DNA of 64,000 nt, from assembly GCA_963841745.1 (NCBI GenBank), contig CAWJDV010000012.1, positions 20,779 through 84,778 of the forward strand, in the 5' to 3' direction. The notes under the pieces are model-generated. The model was not told the origin of the DNA. It saw only the letters and a list, made by a program, of their open reading frames with translations, and did not search any database. Below, in pieces: positions 29,521-39,555 of the stretch (positions are counted from its first letter, which is position 1; the number at the start of each line of letters is the position of its first letter). Origin of the DNA: an uncultured Verrucomicrobiae bacterium (GTDB lineage: Bacteria; Verrucomicrobiota; Verrucomicrobiia; Verrucomicrobiales; Akkermansiaceae). The translations under genes and the position numbers were made by a program.

Positions 29521-30882
29521 CTATTGTCCGATTTCCTCGTGGATGGCGGTGGAGAACTTGCTGACCCAGGAGGTGACTTCGGCGAGTTCGCGGTGCTCGA
29601 CGAGCACGCGGATTTTGTTCTCGGTGCCGGAGTAGCGGATCAGGTGGCGACCGCTGTCGCCGAACTCGGCGGTCGCTTCGAGCATGAGTTTTTGTAGCTT
29701 GGGCAGGGTTTCCAACGGCGGCTTGGAAGGCACCGGCATGTTGGCGAGTTGGGTGGGATACTCGTGCATGATGGCGGCAAGCTCGGCGAGCGTGGCCTTG
29801 CGGGCGATCATCATGCGGAGGACTTGGAGCGCGCTGAGAATGCCGTCGCCGGTGGTGACGTGGTCGCCGAAGATGAGGTGGCCGGAGTTTTCGCCGCCGA
29901 AGGAGTAACCGTTTTTGCGCATGCACTCGATGACGCTGCGGTCGCCGACGGCGGTAGTTTCCACTTTGATGCCGTTTTCCTTCATGGCCTCGATGAGGCC
30001 GAGATTGCTCATGACGGTGGCGACGAGGGTGTCGTGACGGAGTTTTCCCTGTTCTTTCAAGCCGATGGCGCAGAGGCCGAGGATGCGGTCACCGCTGACG
30101 ACCTGGCCGTTGGCGTCGGTGAAGATGACGCGGTCGGCGTCGCCGTCGAAGGAGATGCCGAGATCCGCCTTGTGCTTGCGGACGAGTTCGCCGGCGGCTT
30201 CCGGGTGGAGCGCGCCGCAGCCGTCGTTGATGTTGAGGCCGTCGGGGTCGTTGCAGACGGTGATGACTTCCGCGCCGAGTTCTTTGAAAATGAGCGGGCC
30301 GATGAAGTAGGCGGCACCGTTTCCACAATCGACGACGATTTTCAGGCCGTGGAGGGAAATATTGTCAGCGGTGTGCTTGGCGAACTCAATGTAGCGGCCG
30401 CGGGCGTCGTCGATCCGGTGGGCCTTGCCGATTTGTGCGGGCGGCAGCGGGGTGGCTTCGGGTTCGTCGCCCATGATGTGGCGCTCGATGAGGGCTTCGA
30501 GGTCATCGGAAAGCTTGTAGCCGTCGGGCCCGAAGATTTTCATGCCATTGTCCTCGTAAGGATTGTGGGAGGCGGTGATCATGATACCGGCGACGGCACC
30601 CATGGATTTCGTCAAGTGGGCGACGGCGGGCGTAGGCATGGGGCCGACGAGATAAACGTCCATTCCCATCGAGACGAGACCGCTGGTGATGGCAGTTTCC
30701 AGCATGTAGCCGGAAATGCGGGTGTCCTTGCCGATGAGCACGCGGTTGCGGCGGGGGCCATCGGAGCGGAGGACGTTGGCGACGGCCTTGCCCATGCGCA
30801 GGGCGACTTCGGCGGTGATCGGGAATTCGTTCACCCGGCCGCGGATGCCGTCGGTTCCAAATAATTTCGTGGTTTGTTTCAC
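29521..30882 (-). CDS. glmM: Phosphoglucosamine mutase
   Basis: LFGTDGIRG, GKDTRISGYMLE, ITASHNPYEDNG, FDGDADR, GGENSGH, RYSGTE. Confidence 0.97.
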   Translation of the reverse strand: MKQTTKLFGTDGIRGRVNEFPITAEVALRMGKAVANVLRSDGPRRNRVLIGKDTRISGYMLETAITSGLVSMGMDVYLVGPMPTPAVAHLTKSMGAVAGIMITASHNPYEDNGMKIFGPDGYKLSDDLEALIERHIMGDEPEATPLPPAQIGKAHRIDDARGRYIEFAKHTADNISLHGLKIVVDCGNGAAYFIGPLIFKELGAEVITVCNDPDGLNINDGCGALHPEAAGELVRKHKADLGISFDGDADRVIFTDANGQVVSGDRILGLCAIGLKEQGKLRHDTLVATVMSNLGLIEAMKENGIKVETTAVGDRSVIECMRKNGYSFGGENSGHLIFGDHVTTGDGILSALQVLRMMIARKATLAELAAIMHEYPTQLANMPVPSKPPLETLPKLQKLMLEATAEFGDSGRHLIRYSGTENKIRVLVEHRELAEVTSWVSKFSTAIHEEIGQ

Positions 30883-30943
30883 AGCTTTAGGGGGGGAGAG
30901 TTGTTCAAAAAAAACTGAACTGATCAAGGCTAAACCCAGTGGC

Positions 30944-31771
30944 TCAGGCGCCGCCCAAGACCGCGCGGTGGATGCGACCGGGGGATTTCGCAAGGAACTG
31001 GCGGGAGAGGGTCTCGAACTGCTCGGAAAGGTCGGTGAGGTGGATTTCCAGATTACCTGCGCGGTCGGAGGATTCGAGCAGGCCGAGGCGGGTGAGTTCC
31101 TTTTTCAAGTGCTCGGCGCAGGTCGTCGCGGAGTCCACGAGGCGGATTTCCTGCGGTAGGATCTCCTGCAAAACGGGAATGAGCAGTGGATAATGGGTGC
31201 AGGCGAGCATCAGGGTATCGATGCCCTTTTCCACCAGCGGATCGAGATAAGTCTTCAAAACCTGGCGCGTGGCCGGGTGGTCGATCCAATTTTCCTCGAT
31301 CAGCGGAACGAGCAGCGGCGTGGCCTGGCCGTGAATGAGCAGGCCGGTCCGGCGGAGGGCGAGCGCGTGCTGGTAGGCGTGGGACTGGATGGTACCGCGG
31401 GTGGCGATGATGCCGATGCGCACAGCGTCCGGGCAGGCAAGCGCCGCTTCCACGCCCGGCTCGATCACGCCGAGGATGGGAATCCGGTATTTCTCGTGCA
31501 GGCTCGGCAAGGCGTGGGCGGTGGCGGTATTGCAGGCGACGACGATGGCTTTGACGCCCCGCGCGATGAGAAACCGGACGTCCTCGTCGGCGAACTGGCG
31601 GATGGTTTCCGGGCTTTTCGAGCCGTAGGGCAAGCGCGCGGTGTCGCCAAGGTAGAGTATGTTTTCCGCCGGCAGGAGTTCCTGCACGGCGCGGACGACG
31701 GTCAGTCCGCCGACGCCGGAGTCGAAAATTCCAAGGGGTGCTGAATTCACTGGCGGGAGTGTGACCGGCAT
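30944..31771 (-). CDS. murI: Glutamate racemase
   Basis: GIFDSGVGGLTV, DTARLPYGSKS, VVACNTA, LACTHYP. Confidence 0.96.
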   Translation of the reverse strand: MPVTLPPVNSAPLGIFDSGVGGLTVVRAVQELLPAENILYLGDTARLPYGSKSPETIRQFADEDVRFLIARGVKAIVVACNTATAHALPSLHEKYRIPILGVIEPGVEAALACPDAVRIGIIATRGTIQSHAYQHALALRRTGLLIHGQATPLLVPLIEENWIDHPATRQVLKTYLDPLVEKGIDTLMLACTHYPLLIPVLQEILPQEIRLVDSATTCAEHLKKELTRLGLLESSDRAGNLEIHLTDLSEQFETLSRQFLAKSPGRIHRAVLGGA

Positions 31772-31844
31772 GCGGGCCACGCCAAGCGTTTTGCGCGGGC
31801 AAATAAAGGGTGGAAGGTGGACCCGGGATTGCTAAGAAACGGCC

Positions 31845-32739
31845 ATGGAATTGCGGCAACTGAAGCATTTTATCGCGGTGGCGGAGGCCGGAAGTATCAC
31901 TGCGGCGGCGAAAATGCTGCGGCTCACGCAACCGGCGCTCAGTCGCCAGATCAAGGCGCTGGAGGAGGAACTGGAAACCGCGCTGCTGGAACGCGGGGCG
32001 CATTCCATCGCACTGACACCCGCTGGCGAGATGTTGGTGACGGAGGCCCGCAAGCTGGTCGGACTTCAGCGAGAAGATGATTGAAAAGGTGAAATCCACC
32101 GCCAGAGGTGAGCCGTTGCGGGTGGGATATGCGCCGTCGCTGGCGGGGGAATTCCTGTCGGTTGCGATCGAGCGCTTCACCCGGATCTATCCAAACTTGC
32201 GGGTGAGCCTTTACGATTGGTCGTCGGCGGAAATGCGGACGGGGTTGAAGGCGGGCAAGCTCGACCTGATCGTCGCCGCGCCGTGCCTCGGGGTTCACGA
32301 GCCGATCCAGTGGATTTCGCTGCGCGACTACGGCTGGCAACTGGTGATGCCGGCGGATCATCCGCTTGGGAAAAAGAAGCGGGTTTCCGCGAAGGACCTG
32401 GCCGGGCAGCGTTTACTTCTATACGACCGCGAGCACTACCCGGATTACTGGGACCGGGTGACCTCCTTTTTCCGTCAGCAGAATCTCCAGGCGAAGGTGG
32501 CGGGCGAATTCGACGGCGTGAGCAGCCTGACCGCCGCGCTGGAGAGCAATCTCGGGATCGCGCTGTTAGCGGAAAGCAGCCCGATCGACAACGGCCGGAA
32601 CAAGCGGCTGATCAGCCGCCCGTTGGAGATCGCACCGCCGCGGATCGAGGTGGCTGCGGGGATTTCCGCCGAGGGAACGACGTCGGTGCAGTTGTTGGAA
32701 TTCATCGAGGAACTGAAGCTCGCGGCCACGCCTGACTGA
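31845..32739 (+). CDS. LysR family transcriptional regulator, frameshifted near 32070
   Basis: HTH MELRQLKHFIAVAEAGSITAAA...TQPALSRQIKALEEEL, with the substrate-binding domain in ORF 32077-32739. Confidence 0.9.
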
Positions 32740-32775
32740 AAACGAAAGCGCCTTGTCCGGTGGGGACAAGGCGCT
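32738..32775 (-). terminator. Intrinsic terminator of the SSS gene, possibly bidirectional
   Basis: Perfect 12-bp stem agcgccttgtcc/ggacaaggcgct; on the minus strand it is followed by ttcgttttc. Confidence 0.8.
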
Positions 32776-32811
32776 ATGCAGGTTTTGGGTTTCAGTGGGA
32801 GATCGGGAAAA

Positions 32812-34830
32812 CTACCAGAAGTAGATGTAGAGGGCCAAGGTGGCGATCACCACGCCGACACCCCAGATTTTGGCGATCTTGGACGATTCGAGGGCGATCA
32901 GGTCGGTAGTCGGCATCACGACGGGTTTTTCCATCGGTTTCACGAGAGTGATGATCATCATCACCGCAAAGACCACGCCGAAGCAGATCGCCATCCGGTT
33001 GAGGAACGGGATGCCGCTTTGGAAAAGATAGAGGTAAGCGTAGAGCACCACGTTCACCAGAATTCCCAGCCAGCCGAGGAAACGCGGGGCACGCGGCACC
33101 AGGAATCCGAACAGGAACACCATCAGCACTCCCGGACTGATGAAGCCTTGGAATTCCTGGATAAAGGTGAAAATACCGCCGAAGGCTGGATTCCCGAGGT
33201 TCGGCGCAATCAGGCAGGAAATCAGCACGAACAGCACGGTGAAGAATTTCCCCATTCCGACGAGTTGATCCTGGGTGCTGTGTGGTTTGATTTTCTGGAA
33301 GATGTCGATGGTGGCGATGGTCGATGCCGAGTTAAGCATGGAAGCCAGCGAGGAGACGACGGCTCCGAAGATCGCGGCGAGCACAAACCAGGTGATGCCA
33401 GGCCGCATCAGCTTGCGCAACAGCATCGGGAAGGCGGCGTCGTAGTCATAACCGATCAGCTTGGTCCCGACAGGAACGCCTTTCGTCGCCGCAAGGGCGA
33501 GCAGGCCGGTGTTCACCTCGGTAAGTTTTTCCGGAGTGGCATCGGTAATTTCCACCTTCTCGCCGAGAACGCGGGCGTTGTGCTCGATCACCTTGATGGT
33601 GTTAGGCGGATCCACCTTCGCAAAATTTCCAGTCACGGGGTGAACCTTCAGTTTGCCCGTGGCATCGACGGTTTCGATGGTGGAAAGAATCAGATTGTTC
33701 TTCTTCATCGCCTCGGCCCTCAGATCCTTGCTGTAGAGATTGAAACAAAGAATTCCCGGAATCACGACCACGAAGGGAATGACGAGTTTCAAAGCGGCGG
33801 CGAAGATGATCCCCTTCTGCCCTTCCGCCAGGGATTTGGAACCGAGCGTGCGCTGCACGATGTACTGGTTGAGGCCCCAGTAGAAAAAGTTAGGAATCCA
33901 GAGACCCAGCACAAGGGCGGTCCACGGAATCGCGGGATCGGACTTCGGACGAATCATGTGCAGCTTGCCGCCGGACATGTTTTCGCCCTCGACGGCCACG
34001 GCTTCACCGTCTTTGCCGTGATTCAGAAGAATGAAGCGATCCCAGCCACTTCCCTTTTCGATGTCCTCCAGAGTGGCGCTGGAGTTGGCCACTTTGGTTT
34101 CCATGAGATCCTGCGGATTCGCGTCTTTCATCGCCGACAAAGCCAACCCCATGACGATCGCACCACCCACGATCAGGGCGGCACCCCAGATCAGATCCGT
34201 CCAGGCACAGGCTTTCAAGCCACCTACAAAGACGTAGGCGGCGGCGGAAAGTCCGATGATCCAGCAGCCCACCGTGATCGAGCCGAGGTCCAGACCGAAC
34301 ACCTGCTGTCCTGCGAAGAATACCGACACCACCTTGGCACCGGAGTAGATCACGGAAGCTGTTGGTACCCCCACCAGAATAACCAGCGTGGAAATCGCCA
34401 TCACCGTCCTGGAGACCACTCCGTAGCGGTACTCGAGGAATTCCGGAATGGTGTAAATGCCGCAGCGCAGGAGCTTGGGGAGGAACACAAATGCGACCAC
34501 CACCAGGGTGACCGCCGCCATCCACTCGTAGGACGCAATGGCCATTCCCAGCCAATCCGCCGCTTGGCCGGACATGCCCACGAACTGCTCGGTGGAAATG
34601 TTAGCGGCGATCAGCGAGAAGCCGACCAGCCACCAGGTGAGTCCCCGCCCGGCGAGGAAATAACCTGCGGCGCCACCGGATTCGGCGGCGCCCTTGGTTT
34701 CTTTGTTTCCTTGCCAGATCCCGAAGGCGATGACGCCGATGACGGCGACAAAGAAGAGGACCATGTCGAGCGTGCCCATGGCGGCAGCTTCAGTCGGTGC
34801 CTGTGCGAGAAGGGAGATGGGAATTGTCAT
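32812..34830 (-). CDS. Sodium:solute symporter (SSS, sugar/SGLT-like)
   Basis: GYFLAGRGLTWWLVGFSLIAANISTEQFVGMSG, YTIPEFLEYRY, NFFYWGLNQYIVQRTL, SSLASMLNS. Confidence 0.93.
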   Translation of the reverse strand: MTIPISLLAQAPTEAAAMGTLDMVLFFVAVIGVIAFGIWQGNKETKGAAESGGAAGYFLAGRGLTWWLVGFSLIAANISTEQFVGMSGQAADWLGMAIASYEWMAAVTLVVVAFVFLPKLLRCGIYTIPEFLEYRYGVVSRTVMAISTLVILVGVPTASVIYSGAKVVSVFFAGQQVFGLDLGSITVGCWIIGLSAAAYVFVGGLKACAWTDLIWGAALIVGGAIVMGLALSAMKDANPQDLMETKVANSSATLEDIEKGSGWDRFILLNHGKDGEAVAVEGENMSGGKLHMIRPKSDPAIPWTALVLGLWIPNFFYWGLNQYIVQRTLGSKSLAEGQKGIIFAAALKLVIPFVVVIPGILCFNLYSKDLRAEAMKKNNLILSTIETVDATGKLKVHPVTGNFAKVDPPNTIKVIEHNARVLGEKVEITDATPEKLTEVNTGLLALAATKGVPVGTKLIGYDYDAAFPMLLRKLMRPGITWFVLAAIFGAVVSSLASMLNSASTIATIDIFQKIKPHSTQDQLVGMGKFFTVLFVLISCLIAPNLGNPAFGGIFTFIQEFQGFISPGVLMVFLFGFLVPRAPRFLGWLGILVNVVLYAYLYLFQSGIPFLNRMAICFGVVFAVMMIITLVKPMEKPVVMPTTDLIALESSKIAKIWGVGVVIATLALYIYFW

Positions 34831-34905
34831 AGCGGAGTTTATTGGATTTTAGCAGAAAATTTCATGTCAGAGCAGCCTGTCAGATAGAGCCTAAACAAGG
34901 CCCGG

Positions 34906-36045
34906 TCACTCCGCGGAGAACTTGTGGATCATCGTGTGAGAGTAAGTTTCGCCGGGACGGAGCACCGCGGATGGGAAGTTCGGGTGGTTTGGAGCATCCG
35001 GGAATCCTTCGGTTTCGAGGCAGAGGCCCGTGCGCTTGGCGTAGGCCACATCTCCCTTGCCCTTGACGGTGCCATCGAGGAAGTTCCCGCCGTAGAACTG
35101 CACGGCGGGTTGATCCGAGGAAACTTCCATCACCCGGCCGGACTTGGGATCCTTCACCCGGGCGGCGAGGCGGACTCCGTCGCCTTTTTCCAAGACCCAT
35201 GCGTGGTCGTAGCCCCCACCGAACTTGAGCGCTTCGAAATCGGCGTCGACCCGCTCGCCGATGACGGTGGGTTGGGTGAAATCCATGGGAGTTCCGGCGA
35301 CCGGATCGATTTTCCCGGTCGGGATCAGGCCGATGTCAGTCGGCAGGAAACCATCGGCCTTGAGTGTCAGGACGTGGTCATTGATCGACTGGGTCGGATC
35401 GCCTGAGAGATTCCAATAGGTGTGGTGGACGACGTTTAGAATTGTGGGCGCATCGGTCGTCGCCTTGGCTTGCCACTTGAGTTCATTTTCATCCGTGAGG
35501 GTGTAGGTCACCTTCACGGTGAGATTTCCGGGATAGCCCTCCTCGCCGTCCTTGGCGGTGTAGGAGAACTCGACGCCATTTTTGTCGGTGGCTTTGCCCG
35601 TCCAGAGGACCTTGTCGAATCCCTTCAAGCCACCGTGGAGGTGGCATGGGATGCCGCCGGGATCGTTGTTGGTGGCGAGTTGGTATTCCTTGCCGTCGAG
35701 AGTAAATTTACCGTCCTTGATGCGGTTTCCGAAACGGCCCACGGAGGAACCGAAGTAGTTCGTGTTCGTCAGCCAGCCAGCCAGCGTGTCGTAGCCGAGG
35801 GTGATATCGGCGGATTTTCCGGATTTGTCCGGGACTTCCATCGAGACGAGAATGGCGCCGTATTCGGTGACTTTCGCCTTGAGGCCGTTTTTGTTGGTGA
35901 GAGTGAAAATTTTCACCTTCTGGCCGTCCGGCATTTCGCCGTAAATTTCCTCTTTGACTCCGGTTTTGGTTTCCATGGCGGGGCTTTCTAAGCTGGCAAA
36001 CAGACACATGGCCAGCGCAGGTATCAGAAATGGGGTTTTCTTCAT
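34906..36045 (-). CDS. galM: Aldose 1-epimerase (mutarotase) with a signal peptide
   Basis: VGRFGNRI, HLHGGLKGFDK, GYPGNL, HHTYWNL, GGYDH, CLETE..PDAPN. Confidence 0.93.
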   Translation of the reverse strand: MKKTPFLIPALAMCLFASLESPAMETKTGVKEEIYGEMPDGQKVKIFTLTNKNGLKAKVTEYGAILVSMEVPDKSGKSADITLGYDTLAGWLTNTNYFGSSVGRFGNRIKDGKFTLDGKEYQLATNNDPGGIPCHLHGGLKGFDKVLWTGKATDKNGVEFSYTAKDGEEGYPGNLTVKVTYTLTDENELKWQAKATTDAPTILNVVHHTYWNLSGDPTQSINDHVLTLKADGFLPTDIGLIPTGKIDPVAGTPMDFTQPTVIGERVDADFEALKFGGGYDHAWVLEKGDGVRLAARVKDPKSGRVMEVSSDQPAVQFYGGNFLDGTVKGKGDVAYAKRTGLCLETEGFPDAPNHPNFPSAVLRPGETYSHTMIHKFSAE

Positions 36046-36145
36046 GCGGACAAGGGTTTGGCGGATATTCCAACCAATGCCAAGCGTGAATTTCCGGCGT
36101 ATTCGGGTGATGACGGACCACCTAACACCTGATACGCTTTTGGGG

Positions 36146-36598
36146 ATGAACACGCCCGCCGACTGGAACCGCATCCTCACCGAAATCCTCGAATCCTTCG
36201 CCTGCCAGACCGGCACCATCCATCAGGCACCCCCAGGAGAACGGATTCTCAAGCTGGTCTGCCAAATCGGAGTACCTGAGAGCCTGATGGACAAAATTTC
36301 GACCATCCCCTTCGGCAAAGGCATCGCCGGAGCCGCCGCCGAGCGCGGGGAGGCGGTGGGGCTTTGCAATCTCCAGCAGGACCTCGGCGGCGTGGCCAAG
36401 ATCGACGCCCGGAAAACCGGAGTTTCCGGCTCGCTCGCGGTGCCGGTTTTCGCCAGCGAATCAGGCCAGGTCATCGGCACGCTCGGAATCGGGAAATTCG
36501 CGCCCTACGAGTTCACCTCCGCCGAGAAGCAGCGCCTCGCGGAACACGCCACGGAGATCGGCAGGCTTTTCGATGATAAAGACATCGCTGTTGGTTGA
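36146..36598 (+). CDS. Stand-alone GAF domain protein
   Basis: IPFGKGIAGAAAERGE, GSLAVPV, VIGTLGIG; alternative start at 36110. Confidence 0.85.
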   Translation: MNTPADWNRILTEILESFACQTGTIHQAPPGERILKLVCQIGVPESLMDKISTIPFGKGIAGAAAERGEAVGLCNLQQDLGGVAKIDARKTGVSGSLAVPVFASESGQVIGTLGIGKFAPYEFTSAEKQRLAEHATEIGRLFDDKDIAVG

Positions 36599-36628
36599 CC
36601 ACCGGCGCGATGTCACTAGACTCCCGCC

Positions 36629-37099
36629 ATGACTACGGTGGAATCAGCAACCAAGATTCTCGACACGATGCTCGGGCACCTCGGCTTCACGGCGACGATC
36701 GAGACCCAGGAAACCCACGACGGCCCGTGCCTGCAGATCCATTCGGGAGAAAGCGAGATCCTCATCGGCAAGGAAGGCGACCGCCTCGACGACCTGCAAT
36801 ACCTCGTCAACCGCATCCTCCGTCGGCACCTGCCCAAGGCGGAGCGCATCAAGGTGGACTGCGCGCACTTCCGCTCCATCCAGGAAGACCAGCTCAAGCA
36901 GGAAATCCAGGGCATCGCCGAGCGCGTGAAATCCACCGGCAAATCTTTCCAAATGCGCCCGCTCAACGCCTACTACCGGCGCATGGTCCACAATATCCTC
37001 GCCGATGACCCGCAGATCGTTTCCCATTCGCCGCAGGGGGATGACAGGCTGAAAAAAATCACCATTTCAGCGAAGAATCCCTCCAACCCGGCTTCATGA
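36629..37099 (+). CDS. Jag/KhpB-like RNA-binding protein (KH plus R3H domains, no N-terminal Jag domain)
   Basis: KH LIGKEGDRLDDLQYLVN and R3H PLNAYYRRMVH. Confidence 0.88.
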   Translation: MTTVESATKILDTMLGHLGFTATIETQETHDGPCLQIHSGESEILIGKEGDRLDDLQYLVNRILRRHLPKAERIKVDCAHFRSIQEDQLKQEIQGIAERVKSTGKSFQMRPLNAYYRRMVHNILADDPQIVSHSPQGDDRLKKITISAKNPSNPAS

Positions 37100-37563
37100 A
37101 AAAATTCTTTTTCGACTGTGGAACCCGCGACGCCACCGCTTCGCTTGGGATTGTCGTGTTGCGGGTGCTCGTCGGCCTGATGATGCTCGTCGGTCACGGC
37201 CTTCCCAAGATCGAGAACTTCGCCGGGCGCAAGGCGTTCTTTTATGTGCCGGATTTCCTCCCGGCGGATTGGTCGTCCATCACCCTGATGGCTTGTATCG
37301 GCGCGGAGGTCGTCGCCGCCACTCTCATCATCATCGGCTTCGCCACCCGCCCGGCCGCCTTTGTTCTCGGGTTCACCATGGTGGTCGCCGCGTTCGGAGC
37401 GCTCGGTGCCGCACCATGGTTCCAGTCTTCGCCGACCCTCGTCGAGACCAAGGAACTTTCCATCATGTTTCTGATTCCCATGATTTCCATCATCCTCACA
37501 GGCGCGGGTGCCTATTCACTCGACGCCCTGTTTTACAAGGACACGAAACGCCGCCGCTGGTGA
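37096..37563 (+). CDS. DoxX family membrane protein
   Basis: LRVLVGLMMLVGHGLPK, GFATRPAA, TGAGAYSLD. Confidence 0.9.
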   Translation: MKKFFFDCGTRDATASLGIVVLRVLVGLMMLVGHGLPKIENFAGRKAFFYVPDFLPADWSSITLMACIGAEVVAATLIIIGFATRPAAFVLGFTMVVAAFGALGAAPWFQSSPTLVETKELSIMFLIPMISIILTGAGAYSLDALFYKDTKRRRW

Positions 37564-37567
37564 AATC

Positions 37568-37915
37568 ATGGAAACCCACCGTCTCGTTCTACCCGGCGAC
37601 CTGAACCACTACGGCTTCGTCTTCGGTGGCCAGCTGCTCGCCTGGGTCGATGAAGCGTCGTGGATCGCCGCCAGCCTCGACTATCCTCACTGCCAGTTCG
37701 TCACCGTGGCGATGGACACCGTGGAGTTCCACCACAGCGTCCGCGACGGCACGATCCTGAAAATCTCCTGTAACCAGGTCCGCGAGGGCAACACCAGCAT
37801 CACCTACGGCGTAAAAGTCTTCGATCAAAGAGCCGGCCAAAACCCCATCTTCTCCACCAACGTGACCTTCGTCAGCGTCGATGACGAAGGCCGCAAACGC
37901 AGCATCCGCAGCTAA
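37568..37915 (+). CDS. Acyl-CoA thioesterase (hotdog fold, YciA-like)
   Basis: VLPGDLNHYGFVFGGQLLAWVDE, VTFVSVD. Confidence 0.9.
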   Translation: METHRLVLPGDLNHYGFVFGGQLLAWVDEASWIAASLDYPHCQFVTVAMDTVEFHHSVRDGTILKISCNQVREGNTSITYGVKVFDQRAGQNPIFSTNVTFVSVDDEGRKRSIRS

Positions 37916-37943
37916 CCGTGACACAGGCATTCCTGCCTGTTCT
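37913..37943. repeat. REP-like palindrome
   Basis: taaccgtgacacaggcattcctgcctgttct is the exact reverse complement of 26784-26814. Confidence 0.9.
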
Positions 37944-37955
37944 TCCCTCAATCAA

Positions 37956-39545
37956 GTGGAACCGCCCATCGACACCGTTGACATCGTCCTGCCTCTGGAA
38001 AAATCCGAGGACGACGCGGCCCGCCGCCAGGCCGCCGCCGTCAAGCTCGGCATCCCCGTCAGCCGCATCGGCGGAATCAAACTACGCAAGCACTCCATCG
38101 ACGCCCGCCAGCGTGCCGTCAAAGTCCAACTCCGGCTCGACGTCGCGCTCGACGGTCCCCTGCCGCCGGACGAAACACCACACTGGTCCGTCCCTCCCCT
38201 CCCCTCCACCGCCCGCCCGGTCATCATCGTTGGCTGCGGCCCGGCCGGGCTCTTCGCAGCCCTCCGCTGCCTCGAAAACGGCCGGAAGCCCATCCTGCTG
38301 GAGCGCGGCAAGGACGCCAGCGCCCGCCGCTTCGACCTCGCCCCGCTGCTCCGCGAAGGCCGTGTCATCGAGGAGTCCAACTACTGCTTCGGCGAAGGCG
38401 GTGCCGGCACATTCTCCGATGGCAAGCTCTACACCCGCGCCACCAAGCGCGGCCCAGTCGCCAAGGTTTACGAAGTGCTCGTCGCCCACGGTGCCCCGGA
38501 ACAAATCCTCACCGACGCCCATCCGCACATCGGTTCCAATCTGTTGCCCAACGTCGTCAAGGCCATCCGCAACTCGATCCTCGCAGCCGGCGGTGAAGTT
38601 AGATTCCAAACCAAGGTCACCGATTTCCTCATCACCGGAAACCACATCCGCGGCGTGCTCACCGAATCCGGTGAGGAAATCCTCGCAGACTCCCTGATCC
38701 TCGCCACCGGCCACTCGGCACGCGACATCTATCGACTTCTAGCAGCGAAGAAAATCCTGTTGGAACCCAAGCCCTTCGCCGTCGGCTTCCGCATCGAGCA
38801 CCCGCAGCCGTTCATCGACCGCACCCAGTATCACCTCGACTTCGGTCAGGAGCGCCCGCGCCTGCTGCCCGCCGCGCGCTACCGACTGGCCACCAAGATC
38901 CGCGGCCGCGGCGTGCATTCGTTCTGCATGTGCCCCGGCGGCTGGATCGTCCCCGCCTCCACCGAGAACGACGAGGTCGTCGTCAACGGCATGAGCCTCT
39001 CCCGCCGCGACTCGCCCTTCGCCAACTCCGGCATGGTCGCCACCGTCGAGCCCGAGGATGTGCAATACCTCGTCAAGGAACACGGCGTGCTCGCCGGCCT
39101 CGTCTTCCAAAAAGAACTCGAACGCACCGCCAAACAAGCCGGCGGCGGCGGCCAGGTCGCGCCCGGCCAGCGTGCCATTGATTTTCTCACCGGGAAAATC
39201 TCCTCCACCTTGCCAGACACCAGTTATTTCCCCGGCATCAAGTCCGCCCCGCTGCACGAGCTGTTACCGCAGTGGATCACCAGCCGCATGCGCGAGGGTT
39301 TCAAACTCTTCGGCCGGCAGATGCACGGCTACATTTCCGAAGATGCCCTGCTGCTAGGCTTCGAAACCCGCACCAGTTCGCCCGTCCGGATTCCCCGCCG
39401 CGACGACACGCTCGAGCACCCGGAAATCCACGGCCTCTATCCCTGCGGCGAAGGCGCGGGCTACGCCGGCGGCATCGTCAGCGCCGCCATGGACGGCCTC
39501 CGCATCGCCGACGCCGTGGCGGCGGTTTCCAGCCGCCAGGCCTAA
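37956..39545 (+). CDS. FAD-dependent oxidoreductase (uncharacterised NAD(P)/FAD dehydrogenase family)
   Basis: IIVGCGPAGLFAA, FGEGGAGTFSDGKL, SFCMCPGG, ETRTSSPVRI, GEGAGYAGGIVSAA; GTG start at 37956. Confidence 0.9.
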   Translation: MEPPIDTVDIVLPLEKSEDDAARRQAAAVKLGIPVSRIGGIKLRKHSIDARQRAVKVQLRLDVALDGPLPPDETPHWSVPPLPSTARPVIIVGCGPAGLFAALRCLENGRKPILLERGKDASARRFDLAPLLREGRVIEESNYCFGEGGAGTFSDGKLYTRATKRGPVAKVYEVLVAHGAPEQILTDAHPHIGSNLLPNVVKAIRNSILAAGGEVRFQTKVTDFLITGNHIRGVLTESGEEILADSLILATGHSARDIYRLLAAKKILLEPKPFAVGFRIEHPQPFIDRTQYHLDFGQERPRLLPAARYRLATKIRGRGVHSFCMCPGGWIVPASTENDEVVVNGMSLSRRDSPFANSGMVATVEPEDVQYLVKEHGVLAGLVFQKELERTAKQAGGGGQVAPGQRAIDFLTGKISSTLPDTSYFPGIKSAPLHELLPQWITSRMREGFKLFGRQMHGYISEDALLLGFETRTSSPVRIPRRDDTLEHPEIHGLYPCGEGAGYAGGIVSAAMDGLRIADAVAAVSSRQA

Positions 39546-39555
39546 CCGCCCAAGT

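Noticed and set aside
32776-34887. Long antisense ORFs (703 aa here; also 14209-15870, 26692-27852, 29749-30864)
   Set aside because: Shadow ORFs opposite well-supported genes, as expected from high-GC codon bias.
37881-37955. N-terminal extension of the FAD oxidoreductase containing the REP peptide RDTGIPACS
   Set aside because: It overlaps the thioesterase gene; GTG 37956 is the more plausible start, so this copy is intergenic.
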